The position numbers and the translations under genes were made by a program. A DNA stretch of 56,858 nucleotides, counting the filler, from Streblomastix strix (Eukaryota): the NCBI GenBank assembly GCA_008636045.1. It is 3 parts of 3 records of this genome, joined end to end, with 100 filler letters (N's around TTAATTAATTAA, not from the genome) between each part and the next. Parts side by side here need not be neighbours in the genome. Positions count along the whole stretch, not along the records: positions 18,991 to 37,877 come from SNRW01000563.1; 2 more parts are not named here. The stretch is one strand, 5' to 3'. Below the pieces are notes generated by a model that was not told the DNA's origin, ran no database searches, and saw nothing but the letters and a program-made list of their open reading frames with translations. Below are positions 23,336-35,546 of the stretch, piece after piece. Position 1 is the stretch's first letter, and each line of letters opens with the position of its first letter.

Positions 23336-26300
23336 ATGACGTTTTAAAAAGATTTAAAAGATAAAACTATCAACGAAACGATGCACTCTCCCGAATAAAA
23401 TGAGAATGATTGTATGATATATATTTTAATAATGGTTTTTTTTTACTTTTTTTTAGACGAATTTATAAGAAATTCTAATCCTGAGCATAACGAATCAGAA
23501 TATACCTTTTTTGCTCGCTAGAAATCGACTGGAAATTAGGTCTTAGTACATGATATTCGACTTGTCCCAGGCATTTCCATCTCTGCAGCAAAATCTAAGC
23601 TTGTTATTGAGCACAAATAATTGGCAAAACTTGGGCCAAAGAATTTTGTTTAGTTTTATGGAATCTTCGAAAAAAATGGGCATATCTGCTTAGCCCTAGA
23701 AGCTGTTGAAGGCTAAACAATTTATTAATTTATTAATAAGATGAAGGAACGTAAGAAATTACTCTCTACACATGTATTCAATAATAGATTTAATTTAATT
23801 TTAGAATTCTTATATCAATTTTTTGCTTCACTTTCGTAGGAATTCTGGTATTACACTGGAAGAATAGCTACTTTACTCTACATAATTTAGAAAGTGAATA
23901 TGATTCATGGTCATTTATCATCTTCTAATATATTCATTACAAAAGAGAATAAGATTAAAATTGATGGTCTTCTTCAACACACAATACTGAAGATATGTGG
24001 AGATGCAGAAAAAATGAAAAGAAACATTCAGTATTTGTGTCCAGAATAAATTGAAGGAAAGGGTGAATTTGAATTGTATGTTAATCATCATTTGTATTTA
24101 TTAATTCAATATCTGTTGATTATTAATAAATATTTATTCCATTTCAGATTAACGTAGCAGTCTGATATGTATTCATTGGGTATTGTTTTGTATTAATTAG
24201 TTGAAGGTGGAAGCTTTCCATTTGAAGGTATCATTATACAATTAATATAATATTTATACAATTCATGATTATATAAAAATTTTTATTATATTCATTATTT
24301 AGGTAAAACTGAGGAAGAATTACTAAGTAAGATTAAAAAATAATAATTTAGACCATTTTAAAATTTTGATGCAATAAAAGATAAGAGAAAGTAAGATTTA
24401 ATTATTTCATTACTAAATGAAGTATGAGTTCTGAATATAATATGTTTTATTATGTCATTTATTATATATTTTCAAATTAATTCATTTCTATAATAACCAT
24501 AAAGAATCCTATGAAGAGGCCAACTGCCAGAAACATAATTGATTTGCCTGAAATATTGCAGATAACGGATGGATACAATAAAGATTAAAAATAAGATTAA
24601 AAATAAGTAAAAGATTAATAGAAAGATTAATAGAAAGATTAAAAATAAGATTAATAGAAAGAATAAAAATAAGATTAAAAACAAGAATTAAAACAAGATT
24701 AAAAACAAGATTAAAAATAAGATTAAAAACAAGTGAAAGATTAATAGAAAGATTAAAAATAAGATTAAAAATAAGAGAAAGATTAAAAATAAGAGAAAGA
24801 TTAATAGAAAGAATTAAAATAAGAATTAAAATTAGAATAAAAAGTTAAAGCAGAAGAATAGATACAATTGAAAGAAGAAAAGAAGAGTAAAGATGATTAA
24901 ACATAGAAAGGAGATTAAAAAGTGAAATCTGTTGATAAACCTAAAGAAGAAAGTAAAAGAAATACAGCTAATACAAATTCATCATTTCGATCTTCTTAAT
25001 CATCTTAATCTTAGTCATAAAAATCATCTACTCATCCTCCATAAAAATCAGCTCTTAATATTTTACAAAAACCAACTCCGTAGTAACCTTCATTTTAATC
25101 TCAAACTTAAGTTCCGTAATAAACATAATAATAATAAAAATAATAATTATAATAATAATTACCACCATCTTCTCAATCTCCGCATTAATCAGTAACAAAT
25201 AAAGATAATTAAACTATTTAATAGAAAAGAAAAGAGAGTTTTATTAAAGAGAAAGATTCAAGTACATAAAAAAGGAAAGATCCAATAAAAGTCGAAAAAG
25301 ATGTGAAGATCGAAATTAATGAGAAGAAGAATATTGGAGAGAAATAGAAACTGGATTCAGAATTGATTAAGAAGAAAGATAAAGATGAAAATGAAGGAAA
25401 GAATGAAAAGAAGATTCAGCCGCTCATATTTGAAAAAGAAAACAACCCAATTCCTCCTTTTTTGACTGAAAGATCAGACAAATCAAAATAACCATCAATA
25501 TAAATACAATAATAATTATCCTAAAGAGATGCACCGAAACATTATACTCATAAATCACTTACGTCTGAACATACAAATTTTTTATTATAAACTGATATGA
25601 ATGATAAACTTAAGTAAACTAATTAGTAATAATTAAAAGATAACTTGAAAAAAAATGAAAATTAAAGTAAAAAAATTTCTCAATAATAAAATGATAAAAT
25701 AAAGGAGAGTGAACAATAATTAGTTAAGCCAAAAGATAAATAATAAATTGGTTCAAAGGATAATATTGAAAGCAAAGAAAATAATAAATAATAAACATAT
25801 GAACAATGGCTTAATATTCCAATGGTTAATGTAAAAGCTGATTCTACTGTATAACAATAAGAATAAAAAAATATTTCAAAAGATAAAGAATAGATTAATC
25901 AAAAATAAAATAAGGAATTAATTGTTAAAAAACCTGAGAATGAAAAAAAAGAAAATAAAGTGAAAGTACCTCCTCCAATTTAATATTAAAAATCGACATC
26001 TTCCATATTTTTTTCACCATAAACTTTATTATAATCGCCTTCAACATATTCTTTATATTCATCCTGTTCTCAGTAATCATTAAAATTATAAGAAACTCAA
26101 TCGATTGAGGAATATGATTAAATTCTTTCTCCAGATTAAGTATAGAAATTATATTAAGATTAATAGCAGAATGAAATTCAAAATAATAACTCTATTATAA
26201 ACAGCACATCTCAATAAATCTTAAAATAAAATTCATCATTAGATAATAAACCTCCTTTTGTACCATTTCTTCCTCTCCATCCCTCCTCTTAATCTGTATA

Positions 26301-29300
26301 AACTCAGAATTCCAACACATTAACATCATCTGTTTAAACACCCAATACAAATTCATAAATATCATCACCCTCATATTCTCAATAAGCTTCATTATCTCTC
26401 AAACTTTCTTCCATATAACATTCATAAGTAACTTCATCTTCTTTATCAAAAGTTCCAATTACATCTCATACCTCCAGATCATATACATCTCAATCATCTC
26501 AGGTTGCAAATGCTGCTGGAACTTCCAGGACTTTGAATTCTACATTATCACGTTAATCATAATCATCAAATTCATAATAATCAGATCATATACTCAACTA
26601 ATCTCCTCTTTAAAAGTCACATTCACCACAACCTTCATTTTAACCTTCTTCTTCTTCTTCATCTAATACATCAAAATAATAATAATCTCATTCATCTTCA
26701 AATAATCCAACTTCAATTTCTAATCTATACAATGTTAGGTCATAATCATCTCTGTAATAACATTAGTAGAAATAAGAACAATAAGATCAATAATAATAGA
26801 AATAACCTGAATAATAATAACCAAATATTTCTCCAAGGAATTTAACTAATTAAACCCGTTCAAAATCATCATAACGAACTGGACATATATCTCCTCGCCT
26901 TAGTAGTAGAAATATTGAAGAGCAAGATAAAGATAAGATGAAAGATAAAGATAAATTGAATGAAAAAGAATTTAAGAAAGATAAAAATATTATAAAGCCG
27001 ATTGATAAACTAAATGAAATTGATAAAGATAAATTAAATGAAAAAGATAAAGATAAATTGAATGAAAAAGATAAAGATAAATTTAATGAAAAAGATAAAG
27101 ATAAATTAAATGAAAAAGATAAAATTAAAGAAATTGATAAAGATAAAGAGAAAAACTTGGATAAAGATAAAGATAAAGACATGGATAAAGATAAAGATAA
27201 AGATAAGGATAAAGATTTGAAGAAAGATAAGGATAATTTAGATAAGGAGAATAAGAAGAAATAAGATAAAGAAAGAAAAGAGAAAGAAAAAGAGAAAGAA
27301 TTGGAGAAATTTAATTAAATTTTATTAGACAAATCAAATTCAGATTAAGTCAAGAGATAGGCAACTGTGAAATTTGATGAAGACAATTTAGAAATGATAC
27401 AGAAAAGCAGCACAGCAACAAAAGCTTAAATGTAACATGCATTATCAACAAATTAATAAAAAGATTCTTCTTAATTTTCAACTTTAAATAATAATTCCCA
27501 ACAATTAAATCTATTTCCATCAGCTTATTCTTCAAGAAGAACAGTTGGCACTAATTCATCAAGACGTTCATAGTCACCACCAGTGTAATAATCATAGGAT
27601 TCATTATCTGGAATTCAATCAGCATCAACACATAATCCATTACATACTAATGATCCTTCATCTTCAGATAAAACACACAATCAAAGTCAAACTAATAAGA
27701 AAACTAATTATTTATAGAGAAAATCATTAGATAAATGGAAAGTCAATTTATTCATTATAGAAAAAGATACAAAAATTAAAGAATAACCATAAAATTAAGA
27801 GAAAGAGAGAATTGAATATGATAAATTGAAGGAGAAAGAGAAAGCTGAATATGAGAAGGAAAATCAAAAATTAAAAGAGAAAGAGAAATTAAAAGAACAG
27901 GAAAATATAAATGAAAAAGAAAAAGAAATAGAGAAAAATAATGAATAAGATAAAGAGAAAGAAAAATTGAATGAAAAAGAGTAAACTAATTAATAGTAAA
28001 AAGAAGAAGAAAAAAAGAAGGAAAAAGAGAAAGAAAAATTAAATGATAGACCGCCATTAAGTATAAGAGAAAGACGTGATGAAATAAGAGAAGCTAAATG
28101 GATTGCATATTAGAAATCATTAGAATAAGCGGATGAGAAAAAGAATGTAATAAAAGAATTGAAAGAAAAACAAAAATAAATAAAAGATTAAAAACAGAAT
28201 AAAATTAAAGAATAAACAAATGAATAATAATAAGATAATAAAATTCATGAAGCCGAGGAGAGAGACAGAAAAAGAGATGAATTAATGTTGAAGATTGAAA
28301 GGGGAAAATAAAGAATAAAAGAAAGAGAAGCTTTATTACTTGAAAAGGAGAAAGAAAAAGAGAAAGAAAAAGAGAAATTAAAGAGTAATTAAGTTTCTTC
28401 TTAATCAACTTCATTAGCTATTAAACCATCTCCATCTGTATCAAAGTATCTTCCTATTATTCCTCTTCTTCATCTTGATCTCATTTCACCCTCATTAATC
28501 AACATCGATTTATCTCATTCAAACAATTCTGTTACATCTCATCACTCAAAGCACTTTCATAACTCTAAAAATTCTAATTGATCTTCTGGGAGATCTCCTC
28601 AATCATAGATTATAATAACATAATGTATGATGGATAAAATAAAGGAGGATAAAGAAGTGCAAAAAGAGAAAACAACATTAGAAGACTTATAGAAGAGATT
28701 AAAAGACATTGATAATGAGTAAGATAAAATAAATGATGAGAAATGAATGAAAAAAGAGAATGAATAGAATGAGGAAGAGAAAGAATAAGTATAGTAGCAG
28801 ATAAATAGAATAAAACATAGATATTAGCAAAGTGTAGATGATAATATGAGTGTGAATTTAGCAGCTAATTTGGGCAAATTATTAAATAATAAGGATAATT
28901 ATGGAAATAATATTGAAAAAGAACCAAGTATCAAACAAATAAATAAAAACAAGAATATAAATAGTATATAAATATCAGAGAACAATAAAGAAACAATTAA
29001 ATCATCATTATTTGTCTATGCACAGATGAGACAGGAGAAGAAAGAAAAAGAAGAAAAGTATAGAAAAGAAAAAGAAGAGAAATTGAGAATACAAAAAGAA
29101 GAGAAAGAAAAGAAGAAAAAAGAAGAAAAAGAAGAAATGAGAAGAAGAATGAATATGGAAAGAGAAGATAAATTGGGAAAGTATAAAAATTAAAAGGATG
29201 AAATAGATTTGATATTAATAGAAGAAGAACATTAAAGATATATTATGTAGAAAGAAGAAATATTAAATTTGAAAAAAGAAGATGAAATTGAGAAGAAAAA

Positions 29301-32300
29301 GATGAAATAAGAAGAGATGACATTGTTTGAAAGAGAAGAAAATAATGAAAGGGAAAGAATAAAAGAAAAAGAATAACTTTTTTTAGAATTAATACATTTA
29401 GAAGACAGAGAAATTATTGAATAAGAATAGTAAATGAAATTGAGAAAGGAAGAATTGCTAATATTATAATCGATATAAATGGAATAAATGCACTTAATGG
29501 ATGAAGAAGAATAATATATGAGAAGATTCGAAGAAAGAGAAAGAAAAGATAAACTTGAAAGAGCCAGAAAAGAAAGGAAAGAAAGAGTTGAGAAAGAGAG
29601 ATTGGAATATGAAGAGAAACTAAGGAAGGAAAAAGAAGAATAAGAAAGATTGGAATAAGAAAGAATAGATAAAGAAAAAGAAGAATTAGAAAGACTTATA
29701 AGAGAAGAATAAGAAAGAATAGAGAATATGGAGAAATAAAGATTAGAAAAAGAAAGGAAAGAATAAGAAGAGAGATAAAAGAAAGAATAAGAAGAGAAAG
29801 ATTGGAGAGAAAAAAAAGAGAAAGAATGGAATTAGAGAATAGAAAAAGAGAAGAAGGAAAGAGAAGAGAAAATGAAAAGAGATAAATAAGAGAAGGAAAG
29901 AAGAGAATAAGATTAGAAATTAAAGTTTAAATAACTGTCTCCTTTATAATAATAATATTAACCATTGAAAATATCTCCCAAATAGCAGAATAATTCATAA
30001 TAATCTTCTTCCTCACAATAAAATCCTCTTAATCCATCTTCTTCACTTTCATCATTGCCTTCTTAATCTTCAGCCAAACCTAAATAATCTTTATACACTT
30101 CAATACAAAATAATTACTCTTCTTCATAACCATTACTAAAATCACCACCTTTATAATCTATAAATTAATAATCATAATAATCTAATTAAAAAGAAGAAGA
30201 AGAAGATAATGAAGGGTTAACTGATGAATATTAATAGGAAAGGAATAAATTAATTCAGTAATAAAATGAGAAGAAAGATATTAGAGATAAAAGAAATGTT
30301 GAAAGAGATTAGAGGTTTGAATAAGATTAAGATAAAGACGGTCTTTAATTGATTAAGAACAAAATGCAATAATTGAATTAGTAATTAACTCCATAATCTT
30401 AATAATCTAATTCTTCAATTAATATAAGTCCATTTTCATAAACTAGTTAACCTTTAAACACACCACAGTAAGAATAAATTAATAAAAATATAGAATTTAA
30501 TTCGTTTAACTAATAACAAATATAATAATAATTTAATTCACAATCGCCATAATTTAATATTTAAAAAATGTAAAACATTATAATAACCCCTGAAAAATCA
30601 AATTAACCTATATTAGATGATTAGACATCAAACTCCAAAAGTCAATAAAATGGAGAATTAACTTCTCCAATGCACAAACCAAGAACATCTACAGGATCAT
30701 CAACAATAACATCATCATCTACTTCAACTCGATCAAGTATATCATCATCTTCTTCTTCTTCATCATCTTCACCTGATACAGAATCATCCTCAATATTATC
30801 ATAATAATAAGATGATGATAATGATTTTGATAGTTCAGATAAAAAAGAGAATAAAAAAGAAGATGAAGAAGAAACTCAGAGTTTGAAATCCACTCATTCA
30901 TCAAAATCATCTCATTCAACTTGATCTTCACATTCAACATCCTCGTCTCACTCAGGATCATCATCTTCTTAATCTTCCAATTCTTCATCATCTTCTCATT
31001 CTCAAACTTCTGATTCTTCTTCTCACACTGAAAATTCATCTCTCAATTCTTAATAGAGATCTACTCTGGATTCTCCATATGCTTTACTGAATCCTATGTC
31101 TTAGATCTCTCCTATTAAATAGAAAAATGATCAGGATAATTCATAATAGAAAAAAGTTAAGAAATTAATAAGTTAATTAAAGAAGAAGTAAAAAAGAAAG
31201 AAAAGTAAATTTCCAAAAACTTAATCAAATAAAAATAATAAAAATAAAAACAAAGAAAAAATTAATTAACTTTTAATTCCAAATTAAACATAAGTACTTA
31301 AGACTGTACCACGAACTCCAAGATCACAGTATATATTATTTATTAATTCGTAAATCTTTTTATAACTCAAACATTTATATTATTGTTTTTTTATTAATAT
31401 TTTTCATATTAAATAATTAATATAGAAATAACCGCATATAAATGCCCTCTATTCCAAGCGGACCCACATCACCATCTGAACTTGTTCTTAATCCTGAAAA
31501 TGAATAAGTTTGTTCTTATTTTTCAAATTAATAATAAAAGCAAATTATAAAATTGCTAATATATTATATTTAAATTTAAATTAATTTAATTTAAAATTTA
31601 TTATTTCAACATTTATTATCACTTATTTTAAGGGTAACAAAGAATAATTTAAGAGTGCATTTGAATAAGTAATAAAAGGGAGAGAACATGAACTCAGAAA
31701 TAATGAATTGGATGATAAAGTGGACATTGATAATAACAATGAGATTCAAAGATAAGCAGAATTATTACAATAATTTGAGAAAGAAAGAATAAGGAAAACT
31801 GATGAATTAAAAGCGTTGTAAGATGATGTTTAAAACATTAGTATACAAGAAGAAAAATTAAGTCGATTGTTATAAGAATAAAAATTTTTATAAGAATAAA
31901 TTCAACTACAATAATAAAATGTATAAAGTGATACTTCATAATCAAAAATCAATAATTAAGTTGACTTAATTGACGATGTAACATTATTTATAGATTAAGA
32001 CGATGAATTAATGCAATAATTTAATCAACCCAAACGAGTCAAAGTTATCAAATTAGATTTAAACAAAAAAGAAAATGAACAAAAATAGGAAGAAAAACCA
32101 TCATATTCAACCATATCATCAACTTATGCTGATTTTTCCTTCCCTCCTGTTGAAAAAGATGAAATATTTGAAGAAGCAAGTTAATTTAGAGACAAGAATG
32201 CTAGCAAATAAAGATAATAATATAATTCATAAATTTAATAAGACATTAGATAATAATAAATTTAGATTTAGAGCTAAAATATGAAATAAAACTTAGATTA

Positions 32301-33986
32301 AAATTAAAATTAGAAATAAGATTAAGATTAAAATATATCTTAGGATGAATATTAGAAATAAGAATAAGAGTTAAATGACTAATTTAATGACATGATACAA
32401 ATGGATGTTGATAATAAATTTGATCCTACTGACTAAAACAAGGGTAGAAATAGACGTAGTAGTTAGAAAACTAATTAATAATAATAAAGTGGAATTGTAA
32501 GAGGAAATAATTTTAATGCTATAGATTCCAGGGGGAATAATATCATTAATTAAAAAGATGAATAAGAAAATAAAAAATAAAATTAAGAAGAATAAAAACC
32601 ATTATAAATTTAATCATAAATTGATAAAAAAATTGATTCTGTTTAAAACCCAATTAAATAACAAATGTTAGGCCCACAATAAGAATAAGTTTAAAAGTCG
32701 TAGCCATTTTAAGTTATTTCTTCTTCAATTGTAACTTCTTCGTCTTCTAATAATTTATCCAATTCATAAGCATAATAATCATCTCGTATATCTTCATAAT
32801 AATTAAATATTATAAAATTGAAATAGATTTAAGCCTAACCTAAAGAAGAACCTCTTGTAGATCCAAAGTATGAATTTCAATTAATTTTATAATTTATTTT
32901 ATTCATATTTCTTATTTCCCAGTGGCATTCACCCCATTCTTATGGAATTAGCTCATACACTCAAACAGAACAGAAACAAAATTGAGAGAAACTAATCATA
33001 TGGGAATGAAAAAGATCGAGAAGGGGGAGCTTGGAGAGAATTGAAGAGTGGAGGAAAAGGATAAAATAATGCTCAGTTGGTTGATGCAACTATTGAGACA
33101 TGCCTTTTGGCTCAGGCGATGTTATAAGGTATTTATTTTCTTTGTTTATTTTATTCATATCATCTTTTATTTTATTTCTAATAATACAGATAGTCCTGAT
33201 AATATATTGGTTGCATTTAAATCAGAATTTGTGGCAGAGCTCCACAGTTTAATAGATATAATTCCAGTTCATAATGTATATTGTGCTCATGTAGATATTT
33301 TGAAGAATATTGCAAAGGAGTATGAAAATATATTAAATTACACAAACCCATAATAATTTGTCTCTGTTCATTATTATTATATATATGTTATAATATTTTA
33401 ATACATTCAAAATAGAACTCCAAAATTTTGCCAGAAATTGTATCAATTAGGTGTTGTACTATCACTTGCCAGAATGCTTGATAGCAAGTATGAAATAATT
33501 AATCTAATACATTCTTCCATTACTTTTGTCTTATCCTAATTATTTTATAACAATCTTTATTATATTATATTAAAATAGAGATGAAACTTTGATAATTTGT
33601 TCTTTAGCAACTATTAGATATATTGTATATGCTGCAAGAGATAAAGAGAGTGAGAAAAAAGGAGGTTTGAATATTATGAATAGAATTACAAATTCATTTT
33701 ATTAATTCATTATTTATATATATCTAATTAAGGTGTACATGCATATAAACAAAAAATGGAGAAAGATGGAATTTTGGCTGCTATTGAATAAAAAGGAATG
33801 AATGAAGCATTGAAGAATGAAGAAATAAAAGGAAATGCAGCTTGTATACTTGGAATAGTCTGTGGGAAAAACTCACGAAATCTGACGTAAACCATTTCCC
33901 AATTAAAATTAACAGCCATAAACAAACTACTTGATGATCCTGACTTGCCTTAAATTGCTGTAGAATTATTATATGTAATTACTTGA
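23336..33986 (+). CDS. Giant NEK-like pseudokinase with a ~2300-codon low-complexity/coiled-coil exon and a helical (ARM-like) C-terminus; contains 3 in-frame TGAs
   Basis: Spliced exons at 23336-24560 give DYEFIR..FFARQKSTGNQVLVH..FVQFYGIFEKNGHICLALE..IHGHLSSSNIFITKENKIKIDG..YLCPE..SDMYSLGIVLYQLVEG..FPFEG..LLNENPMKRPTA. A frame-1 exon runs 24505-31328, and further exons end ..ELLYVIT* at 33984-86. In-frame TGAs at 28579, 28744 and 30922. Confidence 0.75.
24580..24840 (+). repeat. Coding 12-bp tandem repeat (DQKQ/DQQK)
   Basis: About 20 degenerate copies of GATTAAAAATAA / GATTAATAGAAA inside the kinase exon. Confidence 0.85.
26926..27300 (+). repeat. Coding KD-rich repeats (DKDKLNEK 24-bp units and (DK)n)
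   Basis: Repeated GATAAAGATAAATT(A/G)AATGAAAAA. The ORF-track entry 26938-27264 is part of this exon. Confidence 0.85.
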
Positions 33987-34339
33987 GAGGAAATACTAAA
34001 TTAATTAAGAAAAATCCTTCTAATAAAAATATCTATTTTTGAGGAGGCGAATGAGCGAATTAAAAAACGAGTTTTAGATTTTGACACTTTTATATATATT
34101 TTTTTTCGCTCTTTTTTTCACTTTTTAATTATTCTAATCGTCAATTCTAACTTGTCAAACATGTTTTTTTTTCTATAACATTTAAATCGTTTATAATCAT
34201 TCAATGAGATCATATCAATAATTTAATTTATCCAATTATGTTTGTAATAAACCTCCTGAATATATATTTTTTATTTGACAATTCAAAAGTATTTTATAAT
34301 TGTTCGAGCTTCATTCAATGCTTCCTACTGCTAACTTTT

Positions 34340-35120
34340 TCATGTTTCAACAAGAGGTTCTTCCACTCTTCCCAGCAATTACTCAAATCTGGTCATCTTC
34401 TTTTCTTTCTTCTGAGAATTGCTTGTTGGTTTGGGAATGCAGGTATAATTATCAGACCCATCCATGATTGCTCTGTATGAAACATACTTACCTTCACATT
34501 ATATGCAGATGTTGGAGTTTGGCTTACAAATTCCATCGCTAAAAGGGAAAATAGAATAATAATGATTTAAGGAATAAATGAAAAGAAGAAGATTCAAACC
34601 AATCAACACAAGCATCACCTGGAATCTTGAGAGTTGTGAAAGTGGTAATTCCTGCAAAAATAAGTGCGCCAGTAAGAATCAGAGGTACACTGACTACAAC
34701 GTTGTCCAAATCTCCGCGTTTCCACATGAAGAGAACAAAAATGATTGCGATATCTAATCCAGCAATGGCAATTAGAATGAAGAATAATTAATAGTGTGAT
34801 TTGACCGTGTATAAGATTCCTAGGATTACTGCAATCTTAGTATAATAATAAATAATATAAATAATAGTTTATTATAAATCAAAGCAAAGAAACCAGAGAA
34901 TAGATGGCAGTAAACAGCAAATCAGACCAGAAAATTATGCTATGAAGAAGTGTCTTCTGCCCAAAGACAGGCTATATCATTTCTACAATACATATCAAAA
35001 AATAGAGATATAAAATATATTGATAAAATAAAGCTATAAATTATGATATAATTCGTTGATAATTACAGAAATAAATGTGATTAAATCAGCAATAAAGTAA
35101 TTATTAGTACTTTTGTCCAT
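34340..35120 (-). CDS. Small multi-pass membrane protein with a Cys-rich C-terminal domain (4 exons)
   Basis: MDK|KMIQPVFGQKTLLHSIIFWSDLLFTAIYSL|IAVILGILY...LFFILIAIAGLDIAIIFVLFMW...VVVSVPLILTGALIFAGITTF..ACVDC|DGICKPNSNICIQCEG...YTCIP...LVET*. Three GT..AG introns keep the frame. Confidence 0.75.
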
Positions 35121-35546
35121 TTCAAGCAAATTATGTTTATATTTTATTAAAATTTTAATATGTTTACAGATATTGTAATATTAATAGAATTTTTTCTAAT
35201 TTTTTTGATTTGAATCGTTTAAAATGCGAGTTTGAATATAAAAAAAATAAAATGTATATTTCAACTCTGGCGAAAAGAATTAGCATAAATAAGTGATTGA
35301 AGGTAGTGCTGCATTAATAGAATATATTCACTTTGGTCGAAGAAAAATCACACCAGCTGAATCAGAGTCGAATAAAGAATCAATTGATACAAAATTATCT
35401 CCAGAAAATTGAAATTCTAAATGTCACTTCAACCATTTTATTTACCAATACATCAGTTATTCAAAAATGATAAAAGTTTAATTTATTACATTTATAAATT
35501 GACTTTATTAAATTAAATTAAAAAATTATAATGCAGGATCATAGAA

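Noticed and set aside
26850..27182. SL-repeat ORFs here and at 55264-55575, and the YI-repeat ORF at 49158-49424
   Set aside because: These are antisense shadows of KD-rich exons or translations of the (AT)n tract.
35224..35460. Plus-strand ORF-like stretch between the 3-TM gene and the ZW10-like gene
   Set aside because: It has two in-frame TGAs, no recognisable motif and no coherent exon structure.
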